Below are positions 1 to 13,930 of a stretch of DNA of 64,000 bases, in pieces; within the stretch, counting starts at the first letter, position 1; each line of letters starts with the position of its first letter. The stretch is from Kudoa neothunni (Eukaryota > Animalia > Cnidaria): positions 4,427,354 through 4,491,353 of the forward strand of contig OZ199838.1 in assembly GCA_964304625.1 (NCBI GenBank). The letters are read 5' to 3'. The notes under the pieces are model-generated. The model was not told the origin of the DNA and did no database searches. It worked only from the letters and a program-made list of their open reading frames with translations. Made by a program: the position numbers and the translations under genes.

Positions 1-1122
1 TTTTGTGTTTATTAATTTAATAACAAATATTATCCTCGTAAAATTATGCTTTCGATAACAAATCATGCCTCTAATGAAGCATTATTATTATTAGTATTTA
101 GATAGCAAAACAAACTCTTGTAAGTCACGATTTTTAACACTTAAGAATGTATTAAGATAAACATGGTTGTTTTTTATATTTCATTTGGAAATAATTTCAG
201 AAATATTTTAACTTAATGTTAAGAATTCTGCTACTTTAATTTATTGCCGAGTGCTTCTATGGCAGTGACATGTCGCTTGTTATTGTTTTTATTAGATTAT
301 TTTATCATAAACAACTTCTATCAGCTATGACGGTGTCCCGATATATAACTAGCGTAATAATGCATTAAATCTTTTCAAACCTATTTTAATATGATCGATA
401 ATTCGGAGAGAAAATAAACATCGAAACCATTATTGATTAAATAGTTTAAAAAATTCACTAAAAACAAAAATAACACTATGCTAATTTATTAAAGACGGGC
501 ATATCGATTAGTCTGTTGATGTAATGATGAATTTAGCAGGTTCGCTTTAAACGATCTGTTTAAAAATAAATTTTTTGTGGTTTCTTTTAAATTTAAGCAG
601 AATCATTGTTGAAACTTTTGTCAAAGTATTTGACTAGCGATTATAATAGTCATATTCAATGTTCTTTTATTTAATTTATAAACAATATTTTTAAATAATG
701 ATAATTGGTACTATGGCGGCCAACTGATTTAACTTCTTTATGTCTTAAAATCACGAAATAGGAATACTTTTTGTTAAGAACACAGAAACATTCAGTTTTG
801 TAAAAATAAAGTTATATGAAAATTTTGAAAATACTTTATTAGGCATATCATCAACTTAAATATTGCCATATGACAACATTAGGAGACACCTTCATAGAAG
901 TGGTTATAACTTGCGCGAGCCTGGTGAGAAGAACACTGTTTTTCTTCCTAAAATGAACACATTTGACAAATCTAATAATAGATTAAAAAATTTGAAATTT
1001 TTTATATAATAGTTTACATACCAATTTATATTGATATTTTAGTATAGACGAAATTAACATTTCATTCATGTAATTTGGAGTGGATTTTAAAAAATTTGCA
1101 TCTAGAAGTCGTTGCTGTATAC

Positions 1123-1385
1123 CAATGGAGCACATATTTTTGGAGCCTCGGCCAGATCTTAATCTTGGAAAACTTCCAGGCCAGAACATTTAAAATAAAA
1201 GTTATAACTCACACTTTGGATAAATTTTCTATTCTCATGATCGACTTTTTCTCGAATTTCAGTCATCATAGCTTGGAAATGAACTAAAGATAAGCTGAAT
1301 TAAATATGAGATATACTTTGGGTGAGCAAAATAGTTGTTTTGCCCATATGTGAAGTGCAGTTTAAATTTCCCATTAATATTTGCT
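1123..1385. mobile_element. Partial hAT-type MITE copy, related to 17420-18305
   Basis: 1123-1385 aligns by eye to the reverse complement of about 18030-18305 (e.g. CATATGTGAAGTGCAGTTTAAATTTCCCATTA). It starts with a degenerate TIR, CAATGGAGCACATA. The other end was not found. Confidence 0.6.
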
Positions 1386-2525
1386 CATTATCAGCTCTAA
1401 AGGATGTTTATCCTTTGTGACAAAGTTTATTTTACGTTTTATTCTACTCCTTAATTATATTTGAGTAATTCTAATGATCTTTCGTAGTTTACGATGATAT
1501 CTACCTGTTGAACTCAGGGGGAAAACAGATTGAATCAAAATGTCAGTTAAAATTGAGGAAAATAATTATTGTCGAATCCTCTCGCGACGCACACATGAAT
1601 ACAAAGCAGGTGAAATTTGATGATGTAGAGAAATAGTAATGAAGGGTTAAATACTAATAGAAAGAACTGGTGACGTTTCATAAAACACTTGCATAATGAC
1701 CATACAAATTTTTCTGATTTTTTTAGTTTATTTATTAATTAGTAATTGTTTGAATATAATTATAAGTGTAATTACAAATAAATTTGTATTATTTATCTGA
1801 TAAAAATCGGCTAAAATATGAATAATGACCCAAAATTTCTTTGTACCAAAATTCTTACGCCATAAAAAATAAGTCGCAGTAATATGTGGCGTATTTTTTA
1901 CATATTTACACTAATCAGTTTTATATTATTTTTTATCAGATTTGCATCTAAAATCTTACCATAATGTAAATTATTCCTTTTATCATTTGAAATGTTTTTA
2001 GGGTCACATCTTTCAGCATATGGGATTAATATGAATTCATCTAAAAAATTAATCATCAATATTAATCTAAAATACGAGATCTGGCATTTATCGTAACATT
2101 GATCTTAAACAACACGCACGCCAAATGTTGTCATTTGGAAGTAAGCATTAATATTATTCTCAAAGCTATAATCACTAAGGAAATAATGATCTACACGTAT
2201 TTAGATAAAAAGTACATTCTAATTTATAATATATATTTTATTAATTCAGTTTATGTTGCATTTTGATCGGAAAACAATTGTAATATTGTTCTTACTTTAT
2301 GTAGTAAAAATACTAGAAAGTCATTTAAGGTTTAATGAAAATATGAAGCAAAATATGAAATACGGTTAATAAGTCATCGTTGTTCAACGAAATTATCTTA
2401 TGTAGAATAAGTCCAGCCACAGCGAAGACGAGTTTTGTGCCAATTTCTGAAGATAAGTTAAGATCCGAGAACCTCTATAGTTAAAAGTATGAAACACTTT
2501 TTGCTGTCTATGAATGACACTTGAA

Positions 2526-2991
2526 CCTGGACAATATGGCATAAGGGTGTTAGGTCGAGATCGAATACCATGAGGTTGTGAGTTCGAAGCCTAGTCCGGG
2601 CGTTCCTGTGCTCCGAATCCAAAATTAAGTAGAAAGGCTGTAGTAATCGCAAGGATCTACGATTTATCGTGGTCTTGCTTGCAACTGGGAAGAGAGCTTG
2701 GTGGAAGGGAAGAACTCGGGCGCTCATAAACGCCGTGTGTGGGACTGAAATAAAGCCTGTAGGGGGTTTCCGTATAGCCGACGCCAGCATTCAGACGACT
2801 TTCCCGGACTAATTATGGGTTAGTCCAGGGTATGGTTGAGGTGGTGGTTGCGACAAAACGAGGATGTTTAATTTAATGGGTTAAAATTCCACACTACCTA
2901 CCGCATAAACGTAATATTAGAAGGCCTAACAAGCCCCAACTCCACAACCTAACAAGTTGCACCAGGGGTTTAACCTTGTAAATAAAAAAAA
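2526..2991 (+). mobile_element. Candidate tRNA-derived SINE
   Basis: GC-rich island. It has a 75-nt head with a 7-bp acceptor-like stem (CCTGGAC 2526 / GTCCGGG 2594-2600), an A-box-like TGGCATAAGGG and a B-box-like GAGTTCGAAGCC, and it ends in AATAAAAAAAA. The anticodon arm is degenerate and no clear TSD is visible. Confidence 0.4.
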
Positions 2992-4499
2992 TGAATAACT
3001 CTTAGCAAGTAAGTGGATTTCAACTGACAAAGAAAAACTATATAAGTATGCTTTATAATTGCGCGAAAAAAAAATTTAATTAAAAATAAGAATTTAAATT
3101 ATTCAAACATGTAAAAATTAAATTTATGACGAATGCTTCAAACTTATCAGAATATCCGAACAAGTTTAAAGAAGTAATGCTCATCGTTTAAAAAATAGAT
3201 ATCTTGGCAAAAGTAACAATTATCCCTCGAAAATAATAAAGTGATATACATTAGAAGGAATCTGTTGGGTCTCTAACCTTCCTGGGCTTGGAGCTAAAAC
3301 GGAATCCCCGGGCGACATTGGAGGTAAGAATTGAAAACGATTTATCCGTGAATAACACCACTAGCGCTGTACCTACGATTCGGTAAAGAAACTTAGAGCA
3401 AATACATCTCTCAGCGTTGACAATATTAGAAACCATCACCTTATTTAAACTATTGTTAATACTTGCTAATTGTCTCTCTCGTGCTTATTTCAATTCAATT
3501 GGCGTTTCTTTTGGCGTGGATACAACAGAATCAAACTATATTTTTTGCGTTTGCGTCAATATGTATTTTTGTCTTTACCCAAATGGATGGTGAATTAGGA
3601 CATCCAATATACCGTCAACAACAGTTATTGCGCGCTTTTTGGGGGGAATGGCAAAAAGGTGTGCAACATCCACCAAATCGCGCTCGCGTGAAATATAAAA
3701 TTTAATTATATTTTCTATAAAACTGTTATAAAAGTACATTTCTATGTATGTTTGACAATTTTAGATATCCTATCCAAAATGGGTAGAAATCATTCAATCC
3801 ATTTGGGTCTTATGTTAAAATATTCAGCGTATTTCTGAGAGAGCACTCATCAGTTTCTCCGTGTTTTGTTTAATACATACGTGATTGTGGGGTTAAAGTT
3901 AACCTTAGCCCCACACCCTTCGATAATAATCGGTACCCGAAACCCGGGTATCTTCGTACGAAGTATCTAGCCGAATAATAGATTAATTATGTGTAATCCC
4001 GCGAAATATTCGTTAACTTACGATTAAATTCGTTGATCCCTAATTAATATGTTTTTGTAGGTTCGGGCCAAACATATGATAACAAATTATTCAATGAATA
4101 TAATTCTAACAATTTTACTTATTTATTTAATGAGATAACTTAAATATAAATTTTATGCGCGCATGCGTTATTTCAATCAAAGTAAGATTAAGAAATATAA
4201 TGCAGTAGGTAACCAATTTCACGCACTTTTTCCGGGTGCTTCTTGTTTATTATTTTGTTAAATCAATATTTAATGCTATAAACTCCTATAACTATATCTA
4301 TTGTCGAAGAGTACAATATTACTAATTATTATGAGTCTTCAATCTAACGACCCAAAAACTGTCACTGTATCACGTTTTAAAATATCTATTATCTCGACTC
4401 CTAATGGCATCCTAGAGATGAAAAATAAAATAATCAAAACCTATAAATGGTTGTATAATCTAAAAATAGAAATCATTTTGTTACGTATGGTAATCCCCG

Positions 4500-4915
4500 C
4501 GGACGGTTCGATATGACCGAGTAACCTCGAAGAGTATTCTGAGGTATATTTAAACATATCGTTAGTCTCTCTGCAGCGCAACACATTTGCATGCAAGACA
4601 ATTTAATTCTGTTGATGAAAATGTATATGAGTGGATTGGGTGGACACGAAGCAGAAAGATTGTAGTAAGCGTCGTCACGATAATTATCAAGAGAAATCAA
4701 TTGTTCAAAGAAAAAGATTTAGTTTCGTGTGCAATTCGTGGCAGGTTTCACTCTTTTAAAAAAAGATCCAACATTAAAAAATCAAATTTTATTAGTTAAT
4801 CTACTGTTGCTACATCTGAAACTACTTCGTAATAGACCAATTAAATCAAAACATTTTTTAAAAGATACTCTGAAAATTATATTTACAATGTAGACGAAAC
4901 TGTCTTATTCTACCT
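4500..4915 (+). pseudogene. pogo/Tigger-family transposase fragment (CENP-B-type HTH and first DDE aspartate)
   Basis: ORF 4587-4799 (VDENVYEWIGWTRSRKIVVS...GRFHSFKKRSNIK) resembles HTH_Tnp_Tc5. Downstream ENYIYNVDETVLFY matches the pogo motif IFNxDETGLF. Confidence 0.65.
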
Positions 4916-5052
4916 ATAGCAACAAGAAGAGTATTTCATAGACAGTTGAAAAATATTTTTGTGCTGTTAACACGTTTCAAGAGTTTTAATTATCGTTTAA
5001 AAATTAATATATAGTTAATTAGCCTTTATAAACGCAATTTAATAATTATTAA

Positions 5053-5930
5053 ATGCCAATTTTTTCTGAAATATTTGCGCACGCTTTGTGCGTGAAATTG
5101 GTTTCTTACTGTATTGATAATCTCGAATTCGAGAACACTGTTTATTTTAAAAATAATCTACGAGAGTTAGTATTACTCCTACAAGACCTTGGACTTTTAC
5201 CTAAAATCAAAGTTTGTTCTTGTGGAAATATTATGAAATTATATCTAAGGAAATCCTCTATCGATGGATATAGCTTCCGCTGCAAGAGGAAAAATTGCCA
5301 CCGAGAATCCTCATTAAGAACTGAGTCATTTTTTTCGAATTCGCATCTCTCTTTATATTCCCTCATAAAATTTATATATTTGTGGAGTAGAGGTGTACCG
5401 ATCCAAGAATTTCTAATGCGAGAATGTGACATTGGGTCTGCCGATACAGTGGTCGATTGGAAAAATTTTCTAAGAGACGTGCCTCTCTTATTTTTTGGAA
5501 AACCCGGTCGAAATTGGAGGTCCTGTGATTAAAGTCCAAATCGATGAGGGCCTCATTTGTAAAAGGAAATTCGGCGTTGGCAGAATTCTACGAAACCAGA
5601 GTGTCTGGATTGTGGGTGACAATGCTGAAAATGGAAATGTTTTTATCGCGGAGACTGAAAAAAGGGATGCTACTACATTAGAAAATATCATCACCAACCA
5701 TGTTGAAGGATGGTCCATAATTCATGATAAAGAATATGTCTCCTCAACAAGTGTACACACTAACCAGATTGAAGGTATACTGAGTGTCTTCAAACAGAAG
5801 TATAGAGGCATCACCAACAAAAAAATGATATGATTTCTTCATATATATCTGAATGGTGCTTTCGAAGAATCAGCAAAGACAAACTCTTAACTAAATTAAT
5901 TAGATAAATTAAAGACATATATAATTTTAA
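5053..5930 (+). mobile_element. Merlin (IS1016/IS1595-like, ISXO2 DDE) transposase relic, frameshifted and internally deleted
   Basis: Zn-finger-like CSCG..M...DGYSFRCKRKNC..SLRTESFF, then after a frameshift IGGP...VQIDE....KRKFGVGR....WIVG...RDATTL...IIHD and VHTNQIEG. The segment normally between IIxD and HTNxIE is shortened. TIRs were not identified. Confidence 0.8.
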
Positions 5931-6734
5931 TCAATAGTCATTGTCTTCTCGTAAATTTGCGTGATGTTGCGAGAATATTTAGCTCTATAAAAGACCCAAC
6001 GTTAAGTGATCTTAACGGTATTAATTATTATAATCACTGAATTTTGATATATTTATATATTTTATGATCGGATTAAAAAAACATTTCAAAGCCTAATTAA
6101 AAATATAATTTTAAAAGTTAGCATATTTAAATTGTTCGATTTTAGCTTGTTTGAAACTTAAGGCGTTTAATTAAGTTGGATCAAATAATAATTTAACTGA
6201 GAGAGGTTTAGATTTGATTTGATTCTGTAATAGACAGAAAATATACTTTTTTAAGCCTTTAAGTAAGCATATTCATCATCAATTAATTATTTCACGTTTC
6301 TTCCAACCTACTAGCCCAATATAAATAATATATTTTGTTAAAATAATTTTTTGCTTGAAAAAATTATTATATAAGAAAGGAAACTTATGAAATCAATTAT
6401 TGAAAATTCTAGTTGCAGACATATTTGGTGTCATCCACTGATTAATGTCACATGATTTCGTTTACAATCTAATTTTATTAATTATTTGTTTTTATAATTT
6501 TAAGCCAACATTTTACATACATGTGTTACAATATAAAAATTTTTTGCGTGTGCGTAGTTTACAATATCCAAAACGTACCTATATTACTCTTTAATATAAT
6601 TGGTAGATGTAACATGCGGTTTAATATTAGGTCATATTAATAAATTTATCGAATACAACTATAAATTGAATAAATCCATGTTATTGCACAAAATATAAAT
6701 CTAGCGTAAATACATATAAACTTATAATAGTTAA

Positions 6735-7801
6735 CCCTTGCGGGACGGTGTGGGGTCGATTTCGACCCCAATTTTCGTATTTTAATGTTTTCTAGCTGAT
6801 TGTATCTTCAAATTTCTCAAGATTTCATCAATTCCAAGATAATGTATCTTTCTTTGAATTTATATTCAAAAAATAAATATTTATGCGAAATTTCTATAAA
6901 ATTATGACTTCATTTTAACGCATGTTTCACAAATTCGTCCTAAATATCAATATTTTGCTCCATAATTTACAATAGTTATAGATAAAAAATAGAAAAATCA
7001 ATTTGAGAGTTTAATAGTTAAAATGCTTATCAAAACAAGTAATTTTTGACTGTTTACCGATAAATAACGACATTATGTGGATTAGTTGAGGATTAACAAA
7101 CTTAGTTTAAACACACGCGGTTTGTTTACGGTTATATTAATGGTAACTATAAGTTTATTTTTATTTTTGACTGAAAAAAATCTTTTAAGGTTATGTCAAG
7201 AAAACTATACGAAGATTTGTTAAATGATTCTGTCGAAAACAGTGAAGTAGACAGTGATGTTGAATTTGAAGGGTTGTCAGATATTTCATATTATGAAGAT
7301 CATGTAAAAATGGTGGATTCGTCAATAGATGAAGATTTTGATTGCTCTTCGATGACTCATGAGAGCGAAAATACCCACGTTGCAAATATAATCCAATTCC
7401 TACAACAAGAAGATTAACAGAAAATCTTCGGATATCTGCCGCCGGAGCGATTTTCTTGTTCTTCAAATATATATGTCAAAAATTAGTTGTATTGAACTTT
7501 TTGATCCCAAATCACACTATTTGAATGCAATATCATTTGTCGGTAATGGATGAACGAGGTTAGTAGGTTGTGTGGGTCAGTTCATATCAACCAACAAATT
7601 CCTACGGTTTAACCCATTTTTCCCAATGATGGAAAAATTATTTAAACTATTTAAACTTTTATATTAAATATTTACAACATATTAAAAATGCCGAATAATT
7701 TTTCTTTGTAATTCCGAACTTATATTACGAAAAATCGCTGGGGTCATTTTTGACCCCACACCGGAACGTACGTCAATTTTTGGAGCACCGTCCCGTAAGG
7801 G
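6735..7801 (+). mobile_element. Non-autonomous piggyBac element (internal-deletion derivative)
   Basis: TTAA at 6731-6734 and 7802-7805. TIRs are 16 bp (CCCTTGCGGGACGGTG / CACCGTCCCGTAAGGG, 1 mismatch), with subterminal GGGGTC..GACCCC palindromes. Acidic ORF 7193-7417 resembles a piggyBac transposase N-terminus. Confidence 0.9.
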
Positions 7802-8667
7802 TTAACAGGCATGCTATTTACAAAATACCATTTAGTGTATTTTTTTTATTATTGATGTTATTACAGAAAAATTTATTTCTTATATGGGAGATAAATAAAT
7901 ATTCATTTTTTTATCATATACTGAAAAATATAAAACCCACAAATTATAAATAACTTAACTTAAAAAAATAATTTGAAACAATTTTAGTGGAAAAAAAGAT
8001 ATAAACTAAAATAGATGATTTCCAGTATTTTTAAATTTAATAAATTACATAAAATAAAAAATATATATCTATAATAAGCGTTTTTCTTGATAATAAATGT
8101 AGAACTTAACTTTGAATTACTTTGCTTCATACTGTCTTTAAGATAATTTTAAAAATATTCTAAGTAGATACGTCCTCGATAAACATATTAAAAGTGAAAA
8201 ATAATGCTAATATTAAGTTAAGACCCTGAATAATAGAGATTGCACGTGGTTTCAATATCGCACGAAGCTGATTTTGTTGGGAAATTTTAAGTTTCTTTCT
8301 GAATTTTAATACGTAGATGAATGCAAATAATTAAGATATGAAACAATGAGGCCATAAGCCATCAACAAATGCAATCACTATGGAAATAAAGGCTTCATTG
8401 CTAACGCGAATAATACCCAATCCGAATTTTTTCGGGTACCGATTATTACCGAAAGGTGTGGGGCTAAAGTGAGCTTTAAGCGTGTTATCCCATTAACTCT
8501 CATGTTGCACCGTGTGTAGTGCAGTTATAAAAATTTCCCCGCCCAACATGTCTAATAATAATCAGGTTTCCTAGCGCATACAAAGCAATGGATGGGATTA
8601 TCTAAATTTTTAAAGGCCAATGATACAGAAAAGTGATGTCAAAATTTATTGCGCAAGTTAATAGTTA

Positions 8668-10169
8668 CAGTAAAGCCTCGATATATGGTAGTTCTTGGGG
8701 AATGCAATTTACCACGCAATAGCAAGACCCCTCGCAAATCGATGTATCGCGCATGCTCGCAACATATTAATATTAAAAAAATTTAGACGAAATAACTATC
8801 TATTTTAGTTTTTTGCGGTTTAAATGTTTCTTATAACAATCCATAACAGGATGTCGAGAGAGTAGGGCTGAATGCTTTTCTAATTGTTTTGTTGAAACTG
8901 TTTGTTTTCGAAATCAAAGTCGCGGTCTTAATTATACACAGAAATTTTAAAGTTTCCTATGCCATAGCTCTCAGATTAATTATCATAAACGGTTTCGGCC
9001 TCTTCCATATCGTCAATAATTACATACTTTTCTTAATTAGAACAAATGAATGATTTATTATTATATATATTGAACATTTTTAACCGAATAAACCATAATT
9101 ACCGAAAATAGGAGATTTCTTGAAACAATTTACGATGGCAGAACTACTGACTGTTTCCCAAGCATTTCTTAGAGTATTTAAACATTATATAGTGTATTTC
9201 GAAGTATTTGTGGCATCCACGTAAAATAAAAGTATTTGGGAAAAAAATTCATATGATATTTTTAAATGAATTTATATTGGAATTTACAAAGGTATTGATC
9301 TTGTAGATATAATCGTTTCCACGTTTTTTTAAATTTATTATCTACGTCTTAATGTCACATAAAAAATGGCTGGAGATATTCAGCCATTTTGTTGAAACTT
9401 ACCAACAATATAAAACAATAACTTTCGCTGTAAGATGAGGCAGTTACCAAAATGGAACCTCTTTTTTTATTTTTTACAACCCCTCTCTTAGATTTACTTT
9501 TTAATGTATATGTACATTGGAAAGTTTTTCAATCCATTCATTAACTGACATATCAGCGCTAGCTGCCTATTCATCGAGCTCGCTGTTATTTAAACTCAGC
9601 TGCTTTTGGATTCACAAAATCAACCATTACTAAAATGAAATTTTTTGACTTGAATCATGTTTACTCAGGAATTGCCTTTCTCTAATTTTAAATTTTGACA
9701 CTTTCCTTTTTCGCTCCCATGCTAACAATACAATTATACAACTCACTCTCAATCTGGGTATATTTTCCATGAGAAATTCGTATTCAGTCGATCGAAATGC
9801 TCGCACACATCCAATAGCTTTTTTTTATAATATCATACAGAGAGGGGAATGACCTATTCTTATTTCTCGAAAACTAAAATCTAGTCAATACTTGGTAGGT
9901 TAAAATGCTTCATTATCATCACACGGACACTCGATATTGTTTTAATCTATTTGTAATACTGAATTATTCGGATTATTTCTTCGACGTATCTCTGAGACAT
10001 TCCTAACAGCATTTTTTAATAAGAAGAGTATAAGACTAATCGGATTATTTTATCAAAAATTAAATATAGTATTTACGACTTATTCAAGGCTAATTAGCAG
10101 AATCTGTTGAACTTTTTATGTTGACAAACACTGAAAAATCACTGATTACGCTATATCGACGCCCTACTG
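8668..10169 (-). mobile_element. Degenerate pogo/Tigger-type (Tc1/mariner superfamily) element
   Basis: TA-flanked TIRs CAGTAAAGCCTCGATATAT / CTATATCGACGCCCTACTG. The minus strand carries faint transposase remnants (HTH-like near 9700, LQP motif near 9370). Confidence 0.75.
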
Positions 10170-11269
10170 TAATAATATAAATCAGGTTTGTATTGAATGA
10201 AGTTGATAAATCCTAATACTCTGTAAAAAATTCATTATAAGGTATGGGAATAATGTTAATTTGTTGAATGTGTACCTTTAATTTGATAAAACAAGCGAAT
10301 ATTGATAACGCAGAATTATATCAAAGATTGGACGACTGCTTGATTTTAAATAATAAAATACAGTGATTTGGCTAATCTGTCACGTATGAAGTAGTTATAA
10401 GGTAAGACTAGAAATGTTTTGGTAATAGTTTGAAATATCAATCGAATAGATAAACAAAACAACACATATAGAAGTAAATAACAAATAATTAGGTATTATT
10501 GAAATTTTCAAAATAATACTGACTCTGAAGTCGATATTTATCGAATACAGATATGAATAATATGGTAGATAGTTATCAGTTATTTAGAACTATGCCATAT
10601 ATACGAACAATTTTTCTCATTTAACGGAGAGATGTTAAGAACCTACTTTAGTTGATCATCTGTTTGAACCTTTACTTCGAACATCCCTAATCGTGTTTGT
10701 GCGAATATTAATTCAAATAATTGATGAATATACTCATTTACACCCTGTCTAGATACAATTAATACAGTTGTGATGTTTGGATCAATTCATTGATAAATAT
10801 TTAACAACAATATGAATTTCTATATGACTATAACATTGGTCGGATGCAATGTTCCATCTGCGATTAGCTAGGGCGTATATCGTATTCTAAGTATGGAAAT
10901 CCTATTTGTTTAATCCTTGGATCTCGTAAAACAACAGATTAATGCGTATATCGAAGACAAATAAATTTATTTCTGTTATTTTCATAACATGGTCAATATA
11001 AAGTTTCTAAATTTAGTTCAAAAATAAAAATATTTAATCTTATTAAAAAAGGTAATCGGGAAATTATTAGCTGGTTCTTAGAAAGAATTACTTGAGATAA
11101 ACCTAGATTAATTAACCGATAACAAATCAACAGTCGAAGTCTAGTAAGAATCCTCCAATAAATTGTTAGTTAGGTGAGTAAAGTTGGCTTCTAAATTTTA
11201 TTTATTATCTCCCCTCTAAAATCTTGATACTAACAAATACGTTTCTAGAATCTTTGAAACAAATTAACT

Positions 11270-13000
11270 ATGGGAGATAACCAACAAACTTCACGTAAGA
11301 CTCTCACACTCGAAGGAGGTAAGCCATGGGGATTCCGTATAATTGGAGGTGCAGATATGAACATTCCTCTCCAAGTACAACAAGTAACTCCAATATTATT
11401 TATAGGTCCAATTTTTGATGATATAAATGTATTAAATCATACAAGATATTATCAGCTAAAGCCAAAGATGCGGGTGTAATAAAAGGAGACAAAATCCTTG
11501 AAATTAATGGAAAACCCACTACTTCCTTGTTTCACAATGATGCGAAAAATCTTATTATTGAAAGTGGCAACACGCTTAGGTTGCTTGTTGAGAGGTAATT
11601 TTTTTATTTGAATGAATAATGTAAATGATCGCCACATAGGGACGCTTCAAGTGAATTGCAGCCCAAAACTTCTATGTCGAGTGACCATTCTAAATCCTTG
11701 TAATTTTTATCTATTTTAACATACTCAATAATACATATACAACAAAATGAATTTATAAATAATGATAAAAAATCAATAATCATTCATATTATAGTACATC
11801 ATCGGCCAAACAACCGAATGAAGAACCGAAAAAGGTTGAAATAAAGCCCAAAGTAAGCTTAAATGATGAAAAATCAGAAGAAAAAGAATTGTATGAATAG
11901 TTTTCATATATGTATCAATACAGTTGCATTATATTGTAGAATCTTGAAAAAACAAGAGGATACAACGAAACAAACGGATCAAACTATAAGTAATAAGCAA
12001 AACGAGAAATAGTCTATATATAACACCTCCTTGTGATTAGCTAATATTAAGGAAGATATTGGGCCGATTGAATCATCGGAAATTAAGTCACCTTTTTTAA
12101 AAAATCTCATTACAACCGGAGTTACCCAACCAACTGAAGAATCCTTTGTGAAAGTAAAACCGCCAACTGCGTCCTATACTCCAACTAAACCTACATCTGA
12201 TATATCGGACAATAAATCTGCATCTGACACAAAATTAACCAGTAACTCTAAGTAATTCTTAATGCCTTAAAGGCTTAGTAATTCGGTTGATACTTATCGA
12301 TCGCGTAGGACGATGAGTAATGATGAAGTTAAAGTCTGTGCTGTTTGTAATAAAACAATAGAGTAAATCCAATAAATAATTTTTCGCAACCGCTAAATTC
12401 ATTTGCTGTTTCTGCTTATAGAGACTCATCATATATATCTGCATCAAATAAGTTTTATCACAAACCACATTTTTGCTGTAGTCATTGTGGTAATACTCTG
12501 GTGGGAAAAGCGTACTTTGAGGATAAAGACAAAAAGGTTTGCTGTCAGCAATGTATTAGTAAAGGTGGAGGGGATTGTTGCAAATTATGCAACAAACCCA
12601 TACATGGCGTATGTATTTATATGGCTTGAGATTTTACTAACCTCCACTAGTCCTTCTTAACGGTTGGCAAAGACTGTTATCATGACGATTGTTTCACCTG
12701 CACGGGTTGTAAGAAGAGTCTCAAAAGTGAACCTTTTATCTTCGTGGAGGGAAAACCAAAGTGTGAACGCTGCTACGAAGAAAGCGACTCAACTTATTGT
12801 GTTAAATGTAAGAAACCTATCAAAGCCGGAGAATCATTTGTCGAGGTGGAAAATGGTAATTGCCATTCTAAATGTTTTACCTGCAAAGTATAAACCGATT
12901 TTCGATGGGTTTTCTGTTTCAAAGTCCAATTTAGATTTGCAAATCGGTTCTTACGAGCTTTAAGATGAGAGACGGATATGCTATATGTCCCAAACACTGA
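11270..13000 (+). CDS. PDZ and LIM domain protein, Enigma subfamily (PDLIM5/7/LDB3-like; N-terminal PDZ + 3 C-terminal LIM), multi-exon
   Basis: Exon 1 reads LEGGKPWGFRIIGG and exon 2 (from 11446) AKDAGVIKGDKILEING..HNDAKNLI (PDZ). Three spliced LIM domains follow: CAVC..HKPHFCCSHC..CQQC, CKLC..HDDCFTCTGC..CERC and CVKC..HSKCFTCKIC..CPKH, ending at TGA 12998-13000. Introns are short GT-AG. Confidence 0.9.
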
Positions 13001-13224
13001 TGATTGATTTTTCGGGAAATATAGCAATGGACCCATTCTTTTCGCCTAAAATTGTTTTCGGTGGCATTAATATATTACAATGATTCAAAACTCCTTATTT
13101 TGTAGGCCTCATGAACAACTTTAGACCAGTGTTTTTTTGTAACAATCGATCCACCATTTTATTTATTATTTGAATAGAATGAGGAAAGTTTATTGGAATA
13201 AATTCAAAAAAATATAAATATTAA

Positions 13225-13909
13225 TCCTTTCATGCCAAATTATTTTTAGAAATCTGAAGATAATTTATTACGTTAAAATGGTTAGTTTTAACTATTTAAA
13301 AAAGGTAAATGTTAAAAAAATGTTTTTCAGACATTATTATCAAATTACACGATGTCTTTAAAATGCATTAAAAATTGACTTAATATAGTTAATATGCTTA
13401 TATCGATCAATTTTTTTGTGCACGCACGCCAATTATTGTTATCACTTCATTTTCAAAATTATTCCGTATCAAAAAATTGTTTTAAAGCTGAAGCTTTTTA
13501 AATTAAATTCCGGATTTTTCAAATATACATTAATAGTTTTAAACTACGAAAAATTATATTTTAACAAAAATATTGTACAGATTATATTAGGATTATGGAT
13601 AAAAATAAGTTATATAATCTAAAATGACGTTATTTCAAAATTTGAATGCGTATCCTAGTACAGCAGGTAACTGATTTTTCGTAATCCGCTTGGGACCACC
13701 CAAAATGTGCAAAAACTCGATTAATGCGGCAAATCGGTTAACTACTGTATTATAATTCACAAAAATGAATTTATAGTTATTAATGAATCTGTAAAAATCA
13801 CTATAACATTCCAAACTATTTTGGAGAAGATATTCAAAATAAAGTGCCACGGAGGCACAATTTTTTACTTGTTCATTTAATTTTAAAATGAACATCAGGC
13901 ATGAAAGGG
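13225..13909. mobile_element. piggyBac-type MITE
   Basis: TTAA at 13221-13224 and 13910-13913. TIRs TCCTTTCATGCC / GGCATGAAAGGG. No coding capacity. Confidence 0.8.
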
Positions 13910-13930
13910 TTAATAAATTAAAAGGAATAA

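Noticed and set aside
2526-2601. Functional tRNA gene
   Set aside because: The D, anticodon and T stems pair poorly, and there is no oligo-T terminator directly downstream. It is kept only as a SINE-head candidate.
3878-3950. Short repeat with an inverted copy at about 8410-8480, which might bound one large element
   Set aside because: No TSD is shared and unrelated TEs lie between the copies. These are more likely two independent copies of a small unclassified repeat.
12990-13025. CTGATGA...GAAA hammerhead-ribozyme-like core
   Set aside because: No supporting helices flank it, and it coincides with the PDZ-LIM stop codon.
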